This document shows, piece by piece, positions 1 through 9,730 of a DNA stretch of 64,000 bases. Source of the stretch: Candidatus Limnocylindrales bacterium (GTDB taxonomy: Bacteria; Chloroflexota; Limnocylindria; Limnocylindrales; CSP1-4); NCBI GenBank assembly GCA_036570185.1, contig DATCPH010000015.1, positions 178 to 64,177 on the forward strand, read 5' to 3'. The notes beneath the pieces were generated by a model. That model was not told the DNA's origin and did not search any database. It saw nothing but the letters and a program-made list of their open reading frames with translations. Position 1 is the stretch's first letter. Each line of letters begins with the position of its first letter. A program made the translations under genes and the position numbers.

Positions 1-1857
1 GCCCGGTTTGCAACCCCGTACCGCACGCACACCTGCGGCCAGCTGCGCCCGACTGACGCCGGGGTCGAGGCGCGTCTCGCGGGCTGGATTCACCGCAGGC
101 GCGACCACGGCCACGTCATTTTTCTGGACCTCCGCGACCGGTACGGGATCACCCAGGTCGTCGTCGACGCGACCGAATCGCCGGCGGCCCACGAGGTCGC
201 CGCCCGCCTCCGGCCCGAGTTCGTCCTCAATGCCGTTGGGACGGTGGCGGCGCGCCTGCCGGGCACCGAGAACACCCGCCTCGATACGGGCGCCATCGAG
301 CTTCGGGTGAGCGAGCTCGTGATCCTCTCCGAGGCGAAGACCCCGCCGTTCTACATCAACGAACCCGACGCACCAATCGATGAGGCGCTCCGGCTCAGGT
401 TCCGCTACCTCGACATCCGCCGCGAGCCGATGCGCGACCGGCTTCTTCTGCGCAGCCGGCTCGTGCAGGCCATCCGCGAGGCGCATCACGCTCGCGGTTT
501 CGTGGAGATCGAGACCCCGAACCTGATCAAGAGCACGCCGGAAGGTGCGCGGGACTTCATCGTCCCGTCGCGGCTCCAGCCCGGGTCCGTCTACGCGCTG
601 CCGCAGAGCCCCCAGCAGCTGAAGCAGCTCCTGATGGTGGCCGGCATGGATCGCTATTTTCAGATCGCCCGCTGCTATCGAGACGAGGACCTGCGTGGCG
701 ATCGTCAGCCCGAATTCACCCAGCTCGACCTTGAGATGAGCTTCGTCGACGAGGGAACCGTCATGGAGTTCGTCGAGGAGATGGCGATCGAGGTGAGCCA
801 CGCCGTGGCTCCCGAGCGGCCAATCCCGACCCTGCCGTTCCCGCGCTTTACGTTCGACGAGGCGATGGAGCGTTTCGGCTCCGACAAGCCCGATATCCGG
901 TTCGGCATGGAGCTCGCCGACCTCGGGCCAGCGCTGACCGATGAAGCGGGCAATCCGAAGTCAGGGTTCCGGGTCTTCGACGACGCCCTGGCGGCCGGGG
1001 GACGGGTCAAGGCGATCGTCGCGCCAAGCATGGGCGGGTCGACGCGATCGCAGATCGACGAGCTTGTCGAAACAGCGCGCCGCTTTGGGGCGAAGGGCCT
1101 GGCCCACATTTCCGTGGACGAAAGAGGCGCGGTCAGGAGCCCGATCGCGAAGTTCCTGGGCGAGGATCGGACGGAGCAGATCACAGCCGCCGCGGGGGCT
1201 GCGCCGGGCGACCTGATCCTGATCGTCGCCGATGCGGCCCCGACCACCAACGACGTGCTTGGACGGTTGCGGTCGGAGCTCGGAGCCAGGCTGAGCCTGG
1301 CGGACCCAGCCGTGCTGTCGTACTGCTGGGTGCATCGCTTTCCCATGTACCAATGGGATGCGGAGCTGGGCCGGTGGGACGCGACCCATAACCCGTTCAG
1401 TGGCGTGCTGCCCGAAGACGAGCCACTGCTGGTGACCGCCTCGGGCGATCCCTCGCGTCCATCGCCTGCGGATCCCGCCGGACGCGCACGGGCGATGCAG
1501 TACGACATCGCACTCAACGGCTGGGAGCTTGGCGGCGGTTCGGTTCGCATCCACCGCCGCGATCTCCTCGAGCGGAGCTTCGCGCTCCAGGGCCAGTCCA
1601 TCGAGGCCATGCACCAGAAGTTCGGGGCCGTCCTCGACGCCTTCGAGTACGGCGCGCCGCCCCACGGCGGCATCGCCCTCGGCATCGATCGGTGGGCCAT
1701 GGTCTTCGCCGACCAGACCAATATCCGGGAGGTGATGGCCTTCCCGAAGACGCAATCTGGCAGCGATCTGATGCTGGAGGCGCCGTCGGCCCCCGATCCC
1801 ACGCAATACGCCGAGCTCGGCCTGCGATTCGTGGGCGTCCCGGAACGCGGCCGCTGA
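1..1857 (+). CDS. aspS: Aspartyl-tRNA synthetase; true start at or just upstream of the window edge
   Basis: Frame 1 is open from nt 1. It reads ARFATPYRTHTCGQLR...GWIHRRRDHGHVIFLDLRDRYG (OB-fold N-terminus), in frame with the listed 244..1857 ORF. Class II motifs are present: FRYLDIRR, QSPQQLKQLLM, YFQIARCYRDEDLR, FTQLDLEMSF, GGGSVRIH, GIALGIDR. Confidence 0.95.
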   Translation, partial: ARFATPYRTHTCGQLRPTDAGVEARLAGWIHRRRDHGHVIFLDLRDRYGITQVVVDATESPAAHEVAARLRPEFVLNAVGTVAARLPGTENTRLDTGAIELRVSELVILSEAKTPPFYINEPDAPIDEALRLRFRYLDIRREPMRDRLLLRSRLVQAIREAHHARGFVEIETPNLIKSTPEGARDFIVPSRLQPGSVYALPQSPQQLKQLLMVAGMDRYFQIARCYRDEDLRGDRQPEFTQLDLEMSFVDEGTVMEFVEEMAIEVSHAVAPERPIPTLPFPRFTFDEAMERFGSDKPDIRFGMELADLGPALTDEAGNPKSGFRVFDDALAAGGRVKAIVAPSMGGSTRSQIDELVETARRFGAKGLAHISVDERGAVRSPIAKFLGEDRTEQITAAAGAAPGDLILIVADAAPTTNDVLGRLRSELGARLSLADPAVLSYCWVHRFPMYQWDAELGRWDATHNPFSGVLPEDEPLLVTASGDPSRPSPADPAGRARAMQYDIALNGWELGGGSVRIHRRDLLERSFALQGQSIEAMHQKFGAVLDAFEYGAPPHGGIALGIDRWAMVFADQTNIREVMAFPKTQSGSDLMLEAPSAPDPTQYAELGLRFVGVPERGR

Positions 1858-1907
1858 GCGATCAGGCCCGCCTGAGCGACGAAGCCGGGCCGGACTCCGG
1901 TTTCCGC

Positions 1908-2825
1908 GTGCTCGAGTCGGCAGCCTCCCGACCCCGGCTGGCGGCCCTGACCGGCGCGATCTTCATCGCGTTCTCGGGGATCCTCTACCGGTTCTCCGAA
2001 GTGTCCCCGGCGACGGCGACCGTCTTCCGCTGCCTCTACGGGCTGCCGATCCTGGCGATCGTGGCCTATGCCGAGCACCGAAGGTTCGGGCCATTGCCGG
2101 CGCGCACCGTCCGACTCGCAGCGGTCGCGGGCATCTTCTTCGCCGGCGATCTCCTGTTCTGGCATCACGCGATCGGCTTCGTCGGGGTGGGTCTGGCGAC
2201 CGTGCTCGGCAACCTGCAGGTCGTGGTCGTCGCGATTGCCGCCTGGCTACTGTTCGGGGAGCGGCCGCCGCGCGCGACGGTGGCCTCGTTGACGGTCATC
2301 CTGATCGGTGTCGTCCTGATCTCGGGCGTGGTCGGCGTGGGCGCATACGGCGCGAACCCGGTGCTGGGTGTCGTCCTCGGCGTCCTCACCGCGCTGTGCT
2401 ACGCCGGATACCTGCTGGTGATCCGGCGAGGCGGTGGCCGGGACCTGCGGCGCGTCGCCGGGCCGGTGGCCGTGTCGACCGCGTCGACCGCGATCGTGGC
2501 CGCCGTCGTCGGAACGGTCCGGGGCGAGCTCGATCCCATCCCCTCGTGGCCCGCGCACGGCTGGCTGATTCTGCTCGGGATCGCCTCGCAGTCGGTGGGT
2601 TACCTCTTCATCTCGATGTCGCTTCCCCGGCTGCCGGCGGCGCTGACCTCGGTCATCCTTCTGGCCCAACCCGTGGTTGCGGTCGGACTCGCCATGGTCC
2701 TCCTCGCCGAGGCGCCCTCACTGCCACAGCTGGCGGGCGTGGCCCTGGTCGTCGGCGGCATCGCGGTGGCGACGATGCCCTTCGAGCGCGTTCGAGACTC
2801 TCTGTTCGGGGCTTCGGCAGGCTGA
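1908..2825 (+). CDS. EamA/DMT-family transporter (about 10 TM helices)
   Basis: Taken from the 1692..2825 ORF. The first 70 codons overlap aspS and are Arg/Pro-rich junk. The GTG at 1908 precedes continuous hydrophobic helices (LAALTGAIFIAFSGILY..., LLAQPVVAVGLAMVLL...) in a two-repeat layout typical of EamA. The start codon is tentative. Confidence 0.75.
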   Translation: MLESAASRPRLAALTGAIFIAFSGILYRFSEVSPATATVFRCLYGLPILAIVAYAEHRRFGPLPARTVRLAAVAGIFFAGDLLFWHHAIGFVGVGLATVLGNLQVVVVAIAAWLLFGERPPRATVASLTVILIGVVLISGVVGVGAYGANPVLGVVLGVLTALCYAGYLLVIRRGGGRDLRRVAGPVAVSTASTAIVAAVVGTVRGELDPIPSWPAHGWLILLGIASQSVGYLFISMSLPRLPAALTSVILLAQPVVAVGLAMVLLAEAPSLPQLAGVALVVGGIAVATMPFERVRDSLFGASAG

Positions 2826-2874
2826 CACAGGTCCCGCGGCCGGAGCAGGGCGACTGACGGCCAGTGGCCGACGA

Positions 2875-3588
2875 TCAGCCCTCCTCGTCGGGATCCGCGG
2901 CTTGACCGTACGGTGCAAGGGTCGGCCCTTCGAGCGGGGTGTCCTCCGGCAGGTCGGCCCCGGTGGCGCCCCATTCGTGAGTGTGCGGCGCGGCCGGTTC
3001 CGGCGGCCCGACGTACGCGGGCAGGGCGTCGCGCGCGGTAGCGGCGTCGTGAACGACCCCAGGATCGCCGACCTCGACAGTGCGGGTTGCGGCACCTGCG
3101 TCGAGCAAGGCCGCCACGATCTCGTCCGGCCCGCCCCGGGGAGTCACCTCGCGCAGGCGATCGAGCTGGGCGAAGGGCACGAGAACCGGCCAGCCCGGCT
3201 CGCCGTTGAACGAGGGCCTCAGGAGGGTGCCGCCGCCGATGCCGTGGGCTTCGATCAGAGACGTGATGGTTTCGGGACCGACCCACATGTAACGGGCCGG
3301 CCACAGGATCGCGGCATCCGTACCGCGGACCTCGGCAGTGGCAACGTCGATGCCCCGAAGCATTTGGCCGACCGGTCCACCCTCCTGGGGCGCCGGCTCG
3401 GCGAGGGTGACGGCGGCACCCGCGAGCGCCGCGGCAACCGACCCATCGGGATCGGGCGCGACGACGACGATCGGGATCGTTCCACCGGACCAGGCCAGGT
3501 CCACGAGGCGGCGGACGCGAGGCTGGCCGTCGGCATCCGCAAGCGCGGATTCGACGCTGGCGGCGAGGATCACGGCGGCGACGGTCAC
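2875..3588 (-). CDS. Nucleotidyltransferase-fold protein, MobA-like (tentative)
   Basis: This is the 3' 714 nt of the 903-aa minus-strand ORF; the rest of that ORF is antisense to typA. The GTG at 3588 gives VTVAAVILAAS...VDLAWSGGTIPIVVVAPDP...ILWPARYMWVGPETI, resembling MobA/NTP_transf_3 proteins. The usual G-x-S-x-R-M-G loop is not canonical. Divergent from typA. Confidence 0.45.
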   Translation of the reverse strand: MTVAAVILAASVESALADADGQPRVRRLVDLAWSGGTIPIVVVAPDPDGSVAAALAGAAVTLAEPAPQEGGPVGQMLRGIDVATAEVRGTDAAILWPARYMWVGPETITSLIEAHGIGGGTLLRPSFNGEPGWPVLVPFAQLDRLREVTPRGGPDEIVAALLDAGAATRTVEVGDPGVVHDAATARDALPAYVGPPEPAAPHTHEWGATGADLPEDTPLEGPTLAPYGQAADPDEEG

Positions 3589-3669
3589 GCTCGGAATGCT
3601 AGCAGCGGGCTTGTCCGAAGGACGGCCCGAAGGCGGCTCGAGGCGCGATGTGGGACACTGCGCCGGCCC

Positions 3670-5661
3670 ATGAACGACCCCGCCCGCTCCGCCATGCCCA
3701 CCATCGATCAGCCTGCACTGGCTGCCCCTGCCGTTGCCACCAGCGACGCGCCCGCCGATGCGACCGCAGTCCGGCAGGATCTCCGGAACGTGGCGATCGT
3801 GGCCCACGTCGACCATGGCAAGACGACCCTCGTGGACGCAATGCTCCGGCAGACCGGAACCTTCCGCTCGAACCAGGCGGTCGTCGATCGGGTCCTCGAC
3901 TCGGGCGATCTCGAACGCGAGAAGGGGATCACGATCTTGGCAAAGCAGACGACCGTCGACGTCGGCGACGTCCGGCTCAACATCGTCGATACGCCCGGCC
4001 ACGCGGATTTCGGCGGCGAGGTCGAGCGGAGCCTGCTCATGGTCGATTCGGTGCTGCTCCTGGTGGACGCCGCCGAGGGACCCTTGCCGCAGACGCGCTA
4101 TGTGTTGCAGAAGGCGATGGCGCGCCGCCTCCCGGTCGTCGTGGCCCTGAACAAGATCGACCGATCGGACGCCCGCCCTGCCGAGGTGCTCGACGCCGTC
4201 TACGAGCTGTTCATCGACCTCGGCGCCGACGAACACCAGATTGACTTCCCGGTCGTCTACACGAATGCCAAGGCGGGCACCGCGACGCGCGATCTCGCCC
4301 GTCGCGGCATCGACCTCGGTCCGCTGTTCGAGGTGCTGATCGCAGTCACGCCGCCGCCGCGCTACGACCCGGGCCATCCCCTCCAGCTGCTGGTCACGAA
4401 CCTGTCGGCCAACGACTACGTCGGCCGGATGGCGGTCGGGCGCATCTGGAATGGGTCGATTCGGGTCGGCCAGCGAATCGTCGTCGTCCGCGAGGAACCT
4501 GACGACACGGCGGGCGCCATCGAGCCCGGCCGGACCGTGACGCTGCAGGGGACCGTCACCAGCCTCCAGACGGCTCACGGCATCGAGCGGATCGACATCG
4601 GCGAAGCCAGCGCAGGCGACATCGTGTCGGTCGCCGGCCTGCCCGAGGTCACGATCGGCGACACCCTCACCGATCCGGCCGACCCGCGACCGCTGGCCCG
4701 CCTCGACGTTGACGCGCCGACCCTGCGGATGACGTTTGGCGTCAACACTTCGCCGCTGGCCGGCCGCGAGGGCCGCTTCGTGACCTCCCGCCAGATCAAG
4801 GCCCGGCTCGACCGCGAGGTCCTGGGCAACGTCTCGATCGAGGTCCACCTGACCGAGTCCGGGGACACGTTCGAGGTTCGCGGCCGGGGCGAGCTCCAGC
4901 TGGCCGTCCTGATCGAGCAGATGCGCCGCGAGGGCTACGAGCTGATGGTCTCCCGCCCGGAGGTGATCCTGCGCGAGGCCGCCGGCCAAACCCAGGAGCC
5001 GTACGAGCGGATCACGATCGACATCCCGCCCGACTACATCGGCGAGGTCCAGACAGCCATGGCCGGCCGCAAGGGCCGCCTGGAGCAGATGAGCACCGAT
5101 ACGGACGGCCGGGTCCGGATGGAGTTCGTGCTGCCGGTGCGCGGCCTGATCGGGTATCGCGGCCAGCTCCTGACCGACACGCGCGGGACGGCGCTGCTCC
5201 ACCAGATCGGCGAGGGCTATGGCCCGTGGGCCGGCGACGTGACCCATCGAACGAGCGGTGTCCTCGCCGCCGATCGGAGCGGCACCTCGAACGCCTACGG
5301 CCTGTTCAACCTGCAGGAGCGATCCGAGCTCTTCATCGGCGCCGGCGTCGACGTCTACGAGGGCATGATCGTCGGCGAGAACAGCCGCTCGGGCGACCTG
5401 GACGTCAACCCGACGAAGGAAAAGAAGCTCACCAACATCCGGACGCACGCGCACGACGAAGCGCTCCGGCTGACGCCACCTCGACCGATGACGCTCGAGG
5501 CAGCCCTCGAGTTCATCGCCGGCGACGAGCTGGTCGAGGCGACGCCGTTGTCGATTCGGCTTCGCAAGCGAACCCTTCCGGCCCATGATCGTCGCAGGGA
5601 ACGTGGCCGCGAGGAGGATCTGAGCCGATCCGCCGAGCGCGATGGCCCGTCAGCCGACTGA
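3670..5661 (+). CDS. typA: Translational GTPase TypA/BipA
   Basis: ATG at 3670 (alternative ATG at 3694). G-domain motifs [32 protein letters not shown] and NKIDR, followed by EF-G-like domains. The listed 994-aa ORF start at 2677 is a GC-rich artefact overlapping the opposite-strand gene. Confidence 0.93.
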   Translation: MNDPARSAMPTIDQPALAAPAVATSDAPADATAVRQDLRNVAIVAHVDHGKTTLVDAMLRQTGTFRSNQAVVDRVLDSGDLEREKGITILAKQTTVDVGDVRLNIVDTPGHADFGGEVERSLLMVDSVLLLVDAAEGPLPQTRYVLQKAMARRLPVVVALNKIDRSDARPAEVLDAVYELFIDLGADEHQIDFPVVYTNAKAGTATRDLARRGIDLGPLFEVLIAVTPPPRYDPGHPLQLLVTNLSANDYVGRMAVGRIWNGSIRVGQRIVVVREEPDDTAGAIEPGRTVTLQGTVTSLQTAHGIERIDIGEASAGDIVSVAGLPEVTIGDTLTDPADPRPLARLDVDAPTLRMTFGVNTSPLAGREGRFVTSRQIKARLDREVLGNVSIEVHLTESGDTFEVRGRGELQLAVLIEQMRREGYELMVSRPEVILREAAGQTQEPYERITIDIPPDYIGEVQTAMAGRKGRLEQMSTDTDGRVRMEFVLPVRGLIGYRGQLLTDTRGTALLHQIGEGYGPWAGDVTHRTSGVLAADRSGTSNAYGLFNLQERSELFIGAGVDVYEGMIVGENSRSGDLDVNPTKEKKLTNIRTHAHDEALRLTPPRPMTLEAALEFIAGDELVEATPLSIRLRKRTLPAHDRRRERGREEDLSRSAERDGPSAD

Positions 5662-5678
5662 AGTCCCGGTTGGACTGG

Positions 5679-5738
5679 TGACGTCTCGGTCAGCGCACCG
5701 GCGTCTGGGTCAGCCCACTGGCGTCTGGGTCAGCCGAC
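5679..5738. repeat. Three tandem copies of a 20-nt unit in the typA/glycosylase convergent intergenic region
   Basis: The copies are tgacgtctcggtcagcgcac, cggcgtctgggtcagcccac and tggcgtctgggtcagccgac, head to tail. A degenerate partial fourth copy (cgacgttcggctca...) runs into the stop codon of the minus-strand gene. Confidence 0.8.
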
Positions 5739-5749
5739 CGACGTTCGGC

Positions 5750-6691
5750 TCATTCGGCCGTCCGAACGCGACCCTGTCGATAGCTGGGTGTCGTCGGCTG
5801 CTCGCGCCGCCAGGCCATATGGAGCAGGACCGTGGCCCACATGCGGTAGGGCCGCCATCGATCGGCGATCTCCAGCCACGTCTGGTCGTCGGGCAGCGCA
5901 TCCAGGTGGGCGAAGTGGCGCACGGCCTCGCGGCTGATCCCGTCGCCCAGCGGCAGCCCATCGGCAACGCCGCAGCCCCGGAGGAGGACACCGCTCGCCG
6001 TCCACTCGCCGATCCCGGGCAGCGTCCTGAGCTCAACCAACGCCTGCTCCTCGGGCAAATTCCGAAGCCGTTCGGTATCCAGCCGGCCATCCAGCGCTGC
6101 CCGGGCCAGGCCGTGGAGTCGTTCGACTTTGACGGCGGCCAGGCCCGGCACGTCCTTGAGCTCGAGGATCCGCTGCGGGCGGGGGAATGGCCGGATCGCG
6201 CGCCATTCGCCGTCGGCTGCCTCGACTTCCACGACATCGCCGACCTCCGCTGACAGCTTCTCCTTGATCCTGCGTGCCTGGACCATGGAAATCCGCTGGC
6301 CGATCACGAATGAGGTGGCGGCTTTCCAGGCAGAGTAGAAGCAGACCGGCCGGAGGAGGCCGTACCGCGCCTGTAACGCGTCGATCATCGAGTCGCGCCG
6401 ACCGACATCGGGCCAACCCGAGCCGTCGTGATCGACCGACAAGGAGCGGGCGGCCTGCCGGCGGATCGTGTCGAGGTCGCCGTCACCGAACACCGTTCCG
6501 TGGAGCGAACCCTCGGCCGTCTGGCCAAGCTCGACGACCGCGCTGGTCGCCCAGCCCTCGACGGGGAACGTCATCTGGATCGCGTCGGCGCCGACCGGAT
6601 GCGCTCCGATCCCGGCGCTGAAGCCGCCGGCAAAGTCGCGGGCTGTTGCAAGGTCGAATGGGCCCCGCGGCTCAATCGTGATCGAGCGCAT
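5750..6691 (-). CDS. DNA-3-methyladenine glycosylase II family protein (HhH-GPD, AlkA-like)
   Basis: The ATG at 6691 gives MRSITIEPRGPFDL.... The HhH-GPD core reads LRTLPGIGEWTASGVLLRGCGVADGLPLGDGISRE, with Gly-rich hairpin and catalytic Asp context. The upstream 58 codons of the listed ORF are Arg/Gly junk. Confidence 0.8.
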   Translation of the reverse strand: MRSITIEPRGPFDLATARDFAGGFSAGIGAHPVGADAIQMTFPVEGWATSAVVELGQTAEGSLHGTVFGDGDLDTIRRQAARSLSVDHDGSGWPDVGRRDSMIDALQARYGLLRPVCFYSAWKAATSFVIGQRISMVQARRIKEKLSAEVGDVVEVEAADGEWRAIRPFPRPQRILELKDVPGLAAVKVERLHGLARAALDGRLDTERLRNLPEEQALVELRTLPGIGEWTASGVLLRGCGVADGLPLGDGISREAVRHFAHLDALPDDQTWLEIADRWRPYRMWATVLLHMAWRREQPTTPSYRQGRVRTAE

Positions 6692-6759
6692 CCGCCGAGC
6701 ATAGGGGCCTCCGGCCCGCAGTGGCCAGTCGCGACCGAGCCCCGCGTACAATCCGTCCG

Positions 6760-7944
6760 ATGTCCGTCTACCTCGACCACGCGGCGACAACGCCGCTTCG
6801 CAGCGAGGCGCTCGAGGCCATGCTGCCATTCCTGACCGAGCAGTTCGGCAACCCGAGCTCGCCACATTCCTTCGGGCGGCGCGCCCGTGCGGCCCTTGAC
6901 GAGGCCCACGAGCGGATCGCGGCCGGGCTGGGGGCCTCTCCGCGCGAGATCATCCTGACGTCCGGCGGCACCGAGGCGCTGAACCTGGCCCTGAAGGGCG
7001 CCGCGTGGGCCGGCAAGGGACGCGGTCATCGCATCGTCACGTCGGCCGTGGAGCATCACGCGGTCGGGCACGCGCTCCGCCATCTCGAGAGCTTCGGCTT
7101 CGAGGTGGTCGAGCTCCCGGTCGACCGCTACGGCCGCGTCGACCCTGACGCGATCGATGCCGCGATCACGGATCGAACGATCCTTGTCGCCGTTCAGCTC
7201 GCGAACAACGAGGTCGGCACGATCCAGCCGACCGTCGCGCTCGCCGAGCGGGTCCACGCCCACAAAGGGGTCCTGTTCGCCGTCGACGCGATCGCCGCCG
7301 CGCCGTACGTGCCGATCGATGTCGAGGCCCTCGGCGCCGACCTCCTGGCGATCGCTGCCCACAAGTTCGAGGGGCCCAAGGGCGCCGGCGCGCTCTACCT
7401 GCGGCGCGGAACGCACATCGTCAGCCAGCAGCATGGCGGGACCCAGGAACGGTACCGGCGCGCCGGCACGGAGGACGTGGCCGGTGCGGTCGGGATGGCG
7501 GTCGCGTTCGAACTCCTGGGCCAGGAGCGCGAATCGACCGCGCGCCGGCTCAGGAAGCAGCGGGAGCGCCTGCAACGAGCCGTCCTCAGCGTCGACGGCG
7601 CGGAGCTGACGGGACACCCGAAGGATCGCCTGCCCGGCTTGCTCAGTATCGTTGCCCGCGAGACCGACGCCGCGTCGATCGTGATGGCCCTCGACCTCGA
7701 AGGCGTGGCCGCGTCCGTCGGTTCGGCGTGCACGACCGGCTCGACTGAGCCGTCGCGCGTCCTTACGGCCATGGGCTACCCGGAGGACGAGGCACGCGGG
7801 GCATTGCGGTTGTCGCTCGGTCGCGCCACGACCGACGCTGAGGTCGAGGCCGCCGCCGAGATCGTGCCACGGGTGCTCGCCTCGCAGCGGGCCGCCACGA
7901 TCGCCCTGTCCGCGGATCCGCTCGGCGAGCGCGTCACGGCATGA
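6760..7944 (+). CDS. iscS: Cysteine desulfurase (class V aminotransferase, IscS/NifS-like)
   Basis: MSVYLDHAATTPL..., GGTEALNLALKG, SAVEHHAV, AIAAHKFEGPKG (PLP lysine), SVGSACTTGSTEPS (active-site Cys loop). Lies directly upstream of mnmA, a conserved pairing. Confidence 0.9.
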   Translation: MSVYLDHAATTPLRSEALEAMLPFLTEQFGNPSSPHSFGRRARAALDEAHERIAAGLGASPREIILTSGGTEALNLALKGAAWAGKGRGHRIVTSAVEHHAVGHALRHLESFGFEVVELPVDRYGRVDPDAIDAAITDRTILVAVQLANNEVGTIQPTVALAERVHAHKGVLFAVDAIAAAPYVPIDVEALGADLLAIAAHKFEGPKGAGALYLRRGTHIVSQQHGGTQERYRRAGTEDVAGAVGMAVAFELLGQERESTARRLRKQRERLQRAVLSVDGAELTGHPKDRLPGLLSIVARETDAASIVMALDLEGVAASVGSACTTGSTEPSRVLTAMGYPEDEARGALRLSLGRATTDAEVEAAAEIVPRVLASQRAATIALSADPLGERVTA

Positions 7945-7998
7945 GCTCTGGCTCCACCGCGGCTCGCCGATGAGTCGGCGCTCCCCGAGGGCCCGCCG

Positions 7999-9138
7999 AT
8001 GAGTCGCATCCTCGTCGCGATGTCCGGCGGTGTGGATTCGTCCGTTGCCGCGGCGCTCCTGCACGGGCAGGGCCACGAGGTGGTCGGCGTGTGGATGCGC
8101 CTTCACGACGCCGCGGATACGTATTCGGAGTTCACGAAGAGCTGCTGCTCCCTGGACGCGGCCGACGACGCCCGGCGGGTCGCCGCACAGCTCGGGATTC
8201 CCTTCTACGTGATGAACCTCGAGCGTGAGTTCGACGCGGGCGTCCTCCAGCCGTTCCTGTCGGCGTACCTCGACGGCCGAACGCCGAGCCCATGCGTCGA
8301 CTGCAATACCTACGTCAAGTTCGGGGCGCTCCTGGGGCGGGCCCGCCATCTCTACGAATGCGACGCGGTCGCGACCGGCCACTACGCCCGCCGGGCGGAG
8401 GCGCCCGACGGGACCGTCCAGTTGCTGCGGGCCCGCGATCCCGACAAGGACCAGTCCTACTTCCTGTACGGCCTGCGCCAGGATCAGCTTCGCCACGCGC
8501 GCTTCCCACTCGGCGAATTGACCAAGCCCGAGGTTCGCGGCGTTGCCAGGTCTCTCGGTCTGGCCACCGCCGAGAAGCCCGAGAGCCAGGAGATCTGTTT
8601 CGTGCCCGGCGGCGACTACCGGGATGCCCTCCGGCAGCGGGCCGGGTGGCGCCCTGAAGCCGGTCCGTTGTTCGACTCGGACGGAAGCCGGGTGGGGGAG
8701 CACGCGGGCACGGCCGCCTACACGGTCGGGCAGCGGAAGGGGCTCGGAGTGGCCCTCGGGGCGCCCCGCTACGTGTCCCGGATCGATCCGGTCACCAATA
8801 CGATCCAACTGGGACGCCGGGAGGACCTCGAGACGCGAACGTTCGAGATCGAGCGCATCACGTTCGTGGCGGGGACCGCGCCAACGGCCGACCCTGCCCA
8901 TCGTGAGGGCTTCCGCGCCGAGGTCCGTATCCGCCACCGCTCGGCCCTCATTCCGGCGACGGTCCGGCCGAGTCCGGCGGCCGAGCCGTCGGATCCCAGG
9001 CGCTGGCAGGTCGAGACCGACGAGCCCGTGTGGGCCGCGGCGCCGGGTCAGGCGACGGTGCTCTACGACGGCGAGATCGTCCTCGGTGGCGGCCGGATCG
9101 CGGCGATGGCGACAATCCAGTCGAGCTCTGCGGCGTGA
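7999..9138 (+). CDS. mnmA: tRNA-specific 2-thiouridylase MnmA
   Basis: PP-loop [48 protein letters not shown]. Confidence 0.93.
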   Translation: MSRILVAMSGGVDSSVAAALLHGQGHEVVGVWMRLHDAADTYSEFTKSCCSLDAADDARRVAAQLGIPFYVMNLEREFDAGVLQPFLSAYLDGRTPSPCVDCNTYVKFGALLGRARHLYECDAVATGHYARRAEAPDGTVQLLRARDPDKDQSYFLYGLRQDQLRHARFPLGELTKPEVRGVARSLGLATAEKPESQEICFVPGGDYRDALRQRAGWRPEAGPLFDSDGSRVGEHAGTAAYTVGQRKGLGVALGAPRYVSRIDPVTNTIQLGRREDLETRTFEIERITFVAGTAPTADPAHREGFRAEVRIRHRSALIPATVRPSPAAEPSDPRRWQVETDEPVWAAAPGQATVLYDGEIVLGGGRIAAMATIQSSSAA

Positions 9139-9413
9139 CGATCGGGCCGGCGCCCATCCTGGCCTTCCTCATCGGCTCGTTTCATACCGCCCTGTATGTC
9201 CTCGTGCGGGGAACCGCGGGCGGACGCCTCCCGCTGCTGCTCCTGGCCGCATGGCTGGGTGCCTGGGCGGGCGATGGGCTCGGGGCACGGCTGGGAGTGG
9301 ACTTCCTGCGGTTGGGTGACTTCCGGATCCTGGCGGCGTCGATCGTTGCCTGGCTTGGGATGGGGTTCGTCCTGATCGTGTCGGTTCTCGCGCCCGCCCG
9401 ACCGAGACCGTGA
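9135..9413 (+). CDS. Hypothetical small membrane protein (about 3 TM, 92 aa)
   Basis: The GTG at 9135 overlaps the mnmA stop (GTGA). High GC3 and hydrophobic helices ([53 protein letters not shown]). No family recognised. Confidence 0.5.
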   Translation: MTIGPAPILAFLIGSFHTALYVLVRGTAGGRLPLLLLAAWLGAWAGDGLGARLGVDFLRLGDFRILAASIVAWLGMGFVLIVSVLAPARPRP

Positions 9414-9655
9414 GGAGGGTGGCGACCTCAGGGCGCGGCCGCGGCCTCCTCGAGCGGCTTGAAGACCTGGCCTCGGAGCGCCTGACCGGCCAGCGTGCTG
9501 AAACGGCGTCCTCGTCGTTCCTTCGCGGGCTCGCCGTCGGTGCCCTCGTCGGCGCCGCGATTGCCGGTTCGACGATCTGGGAGCGCCGGCGGGCGAGCCG
9601 CGGCCAGCCCGACGAGCAGTCCCGTGAGCCCGAGGCGCCGCCCCTCGACGCCTAG
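9410..9655 (+). CDS. Hypothetical small protein with one glycine-zipper/TM-like segment (81 aa)
   Basis: The GTG at 9410 overlaps the previous stop (GTGA). High GC3, with segment FLRGLAVGALVGAAIAGSTIW followed by a charged tail. No family recognised. Confidence 0.45.
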   Translation: MRRVATSGRGRGLLERLEDLASERLTGQRAETASSSFLRGLAVGALVGAAIAGSTIWERRRASRGQPDEQSREPEAPPLDA

Positions 9656-9730
9656 CCTCGCACCTTTGACCGGGCCCGCTACGGCCCGGGTGTACCGAAC
9701 CGTACCGCCCGCTCCGGTACCATTGGATCG

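Noticed and set aside
705-2168. 487-aa minus-strand ORF antisense to aspS
   Set aside because: This is a shadow ORF with low-complexity Arg/Ser/Pro/Ala composition. The + strand carries unmistakable AspRS motifs.
2677-3669. N-terminal 331 codons of the listed 994-aa typA ORF
   Set aside because: The translation is Arg/Gly/Pro-rich with no TypA similarity. It overlaps the credible opposite-strand MobA-like gene. The TypA G-domain begins about 35 codons after the ATG at 3670.
3589-5586. Upstream two-thirds of the 903-aa minus-strand ORF
   Set aside because: It is antisense to typA and is a typical high-GC shadow ORF. Only the last 237 codons (2875..3588) show a plausible protein pattern.
5679-5738. 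Short tandem arrays (here and at 60098-60192) as CRISPR arrays
   Set aside because: The units are only 15-20 nt and directly abut one another with no spacers. No cas genes are present in the window.
6571-8937. 788-aa minus-strand ORF spanning iscS and mnmA
   Set aside because: It is antisense to two well-supported genes, has Arg/Gly/Pro-rich composition, and has no recognisable domain.
9656-9730. T-box or riboswitch leaders upstream of alaS, metG (57949-58007) and purA (40826-40904)
   Set aside because: These spacers are only about 60-80 nt, too short for T-box leaders (about 200 nt or more) or for a purine riboswitch with its expression platform. Only small GC hairpins are visible.
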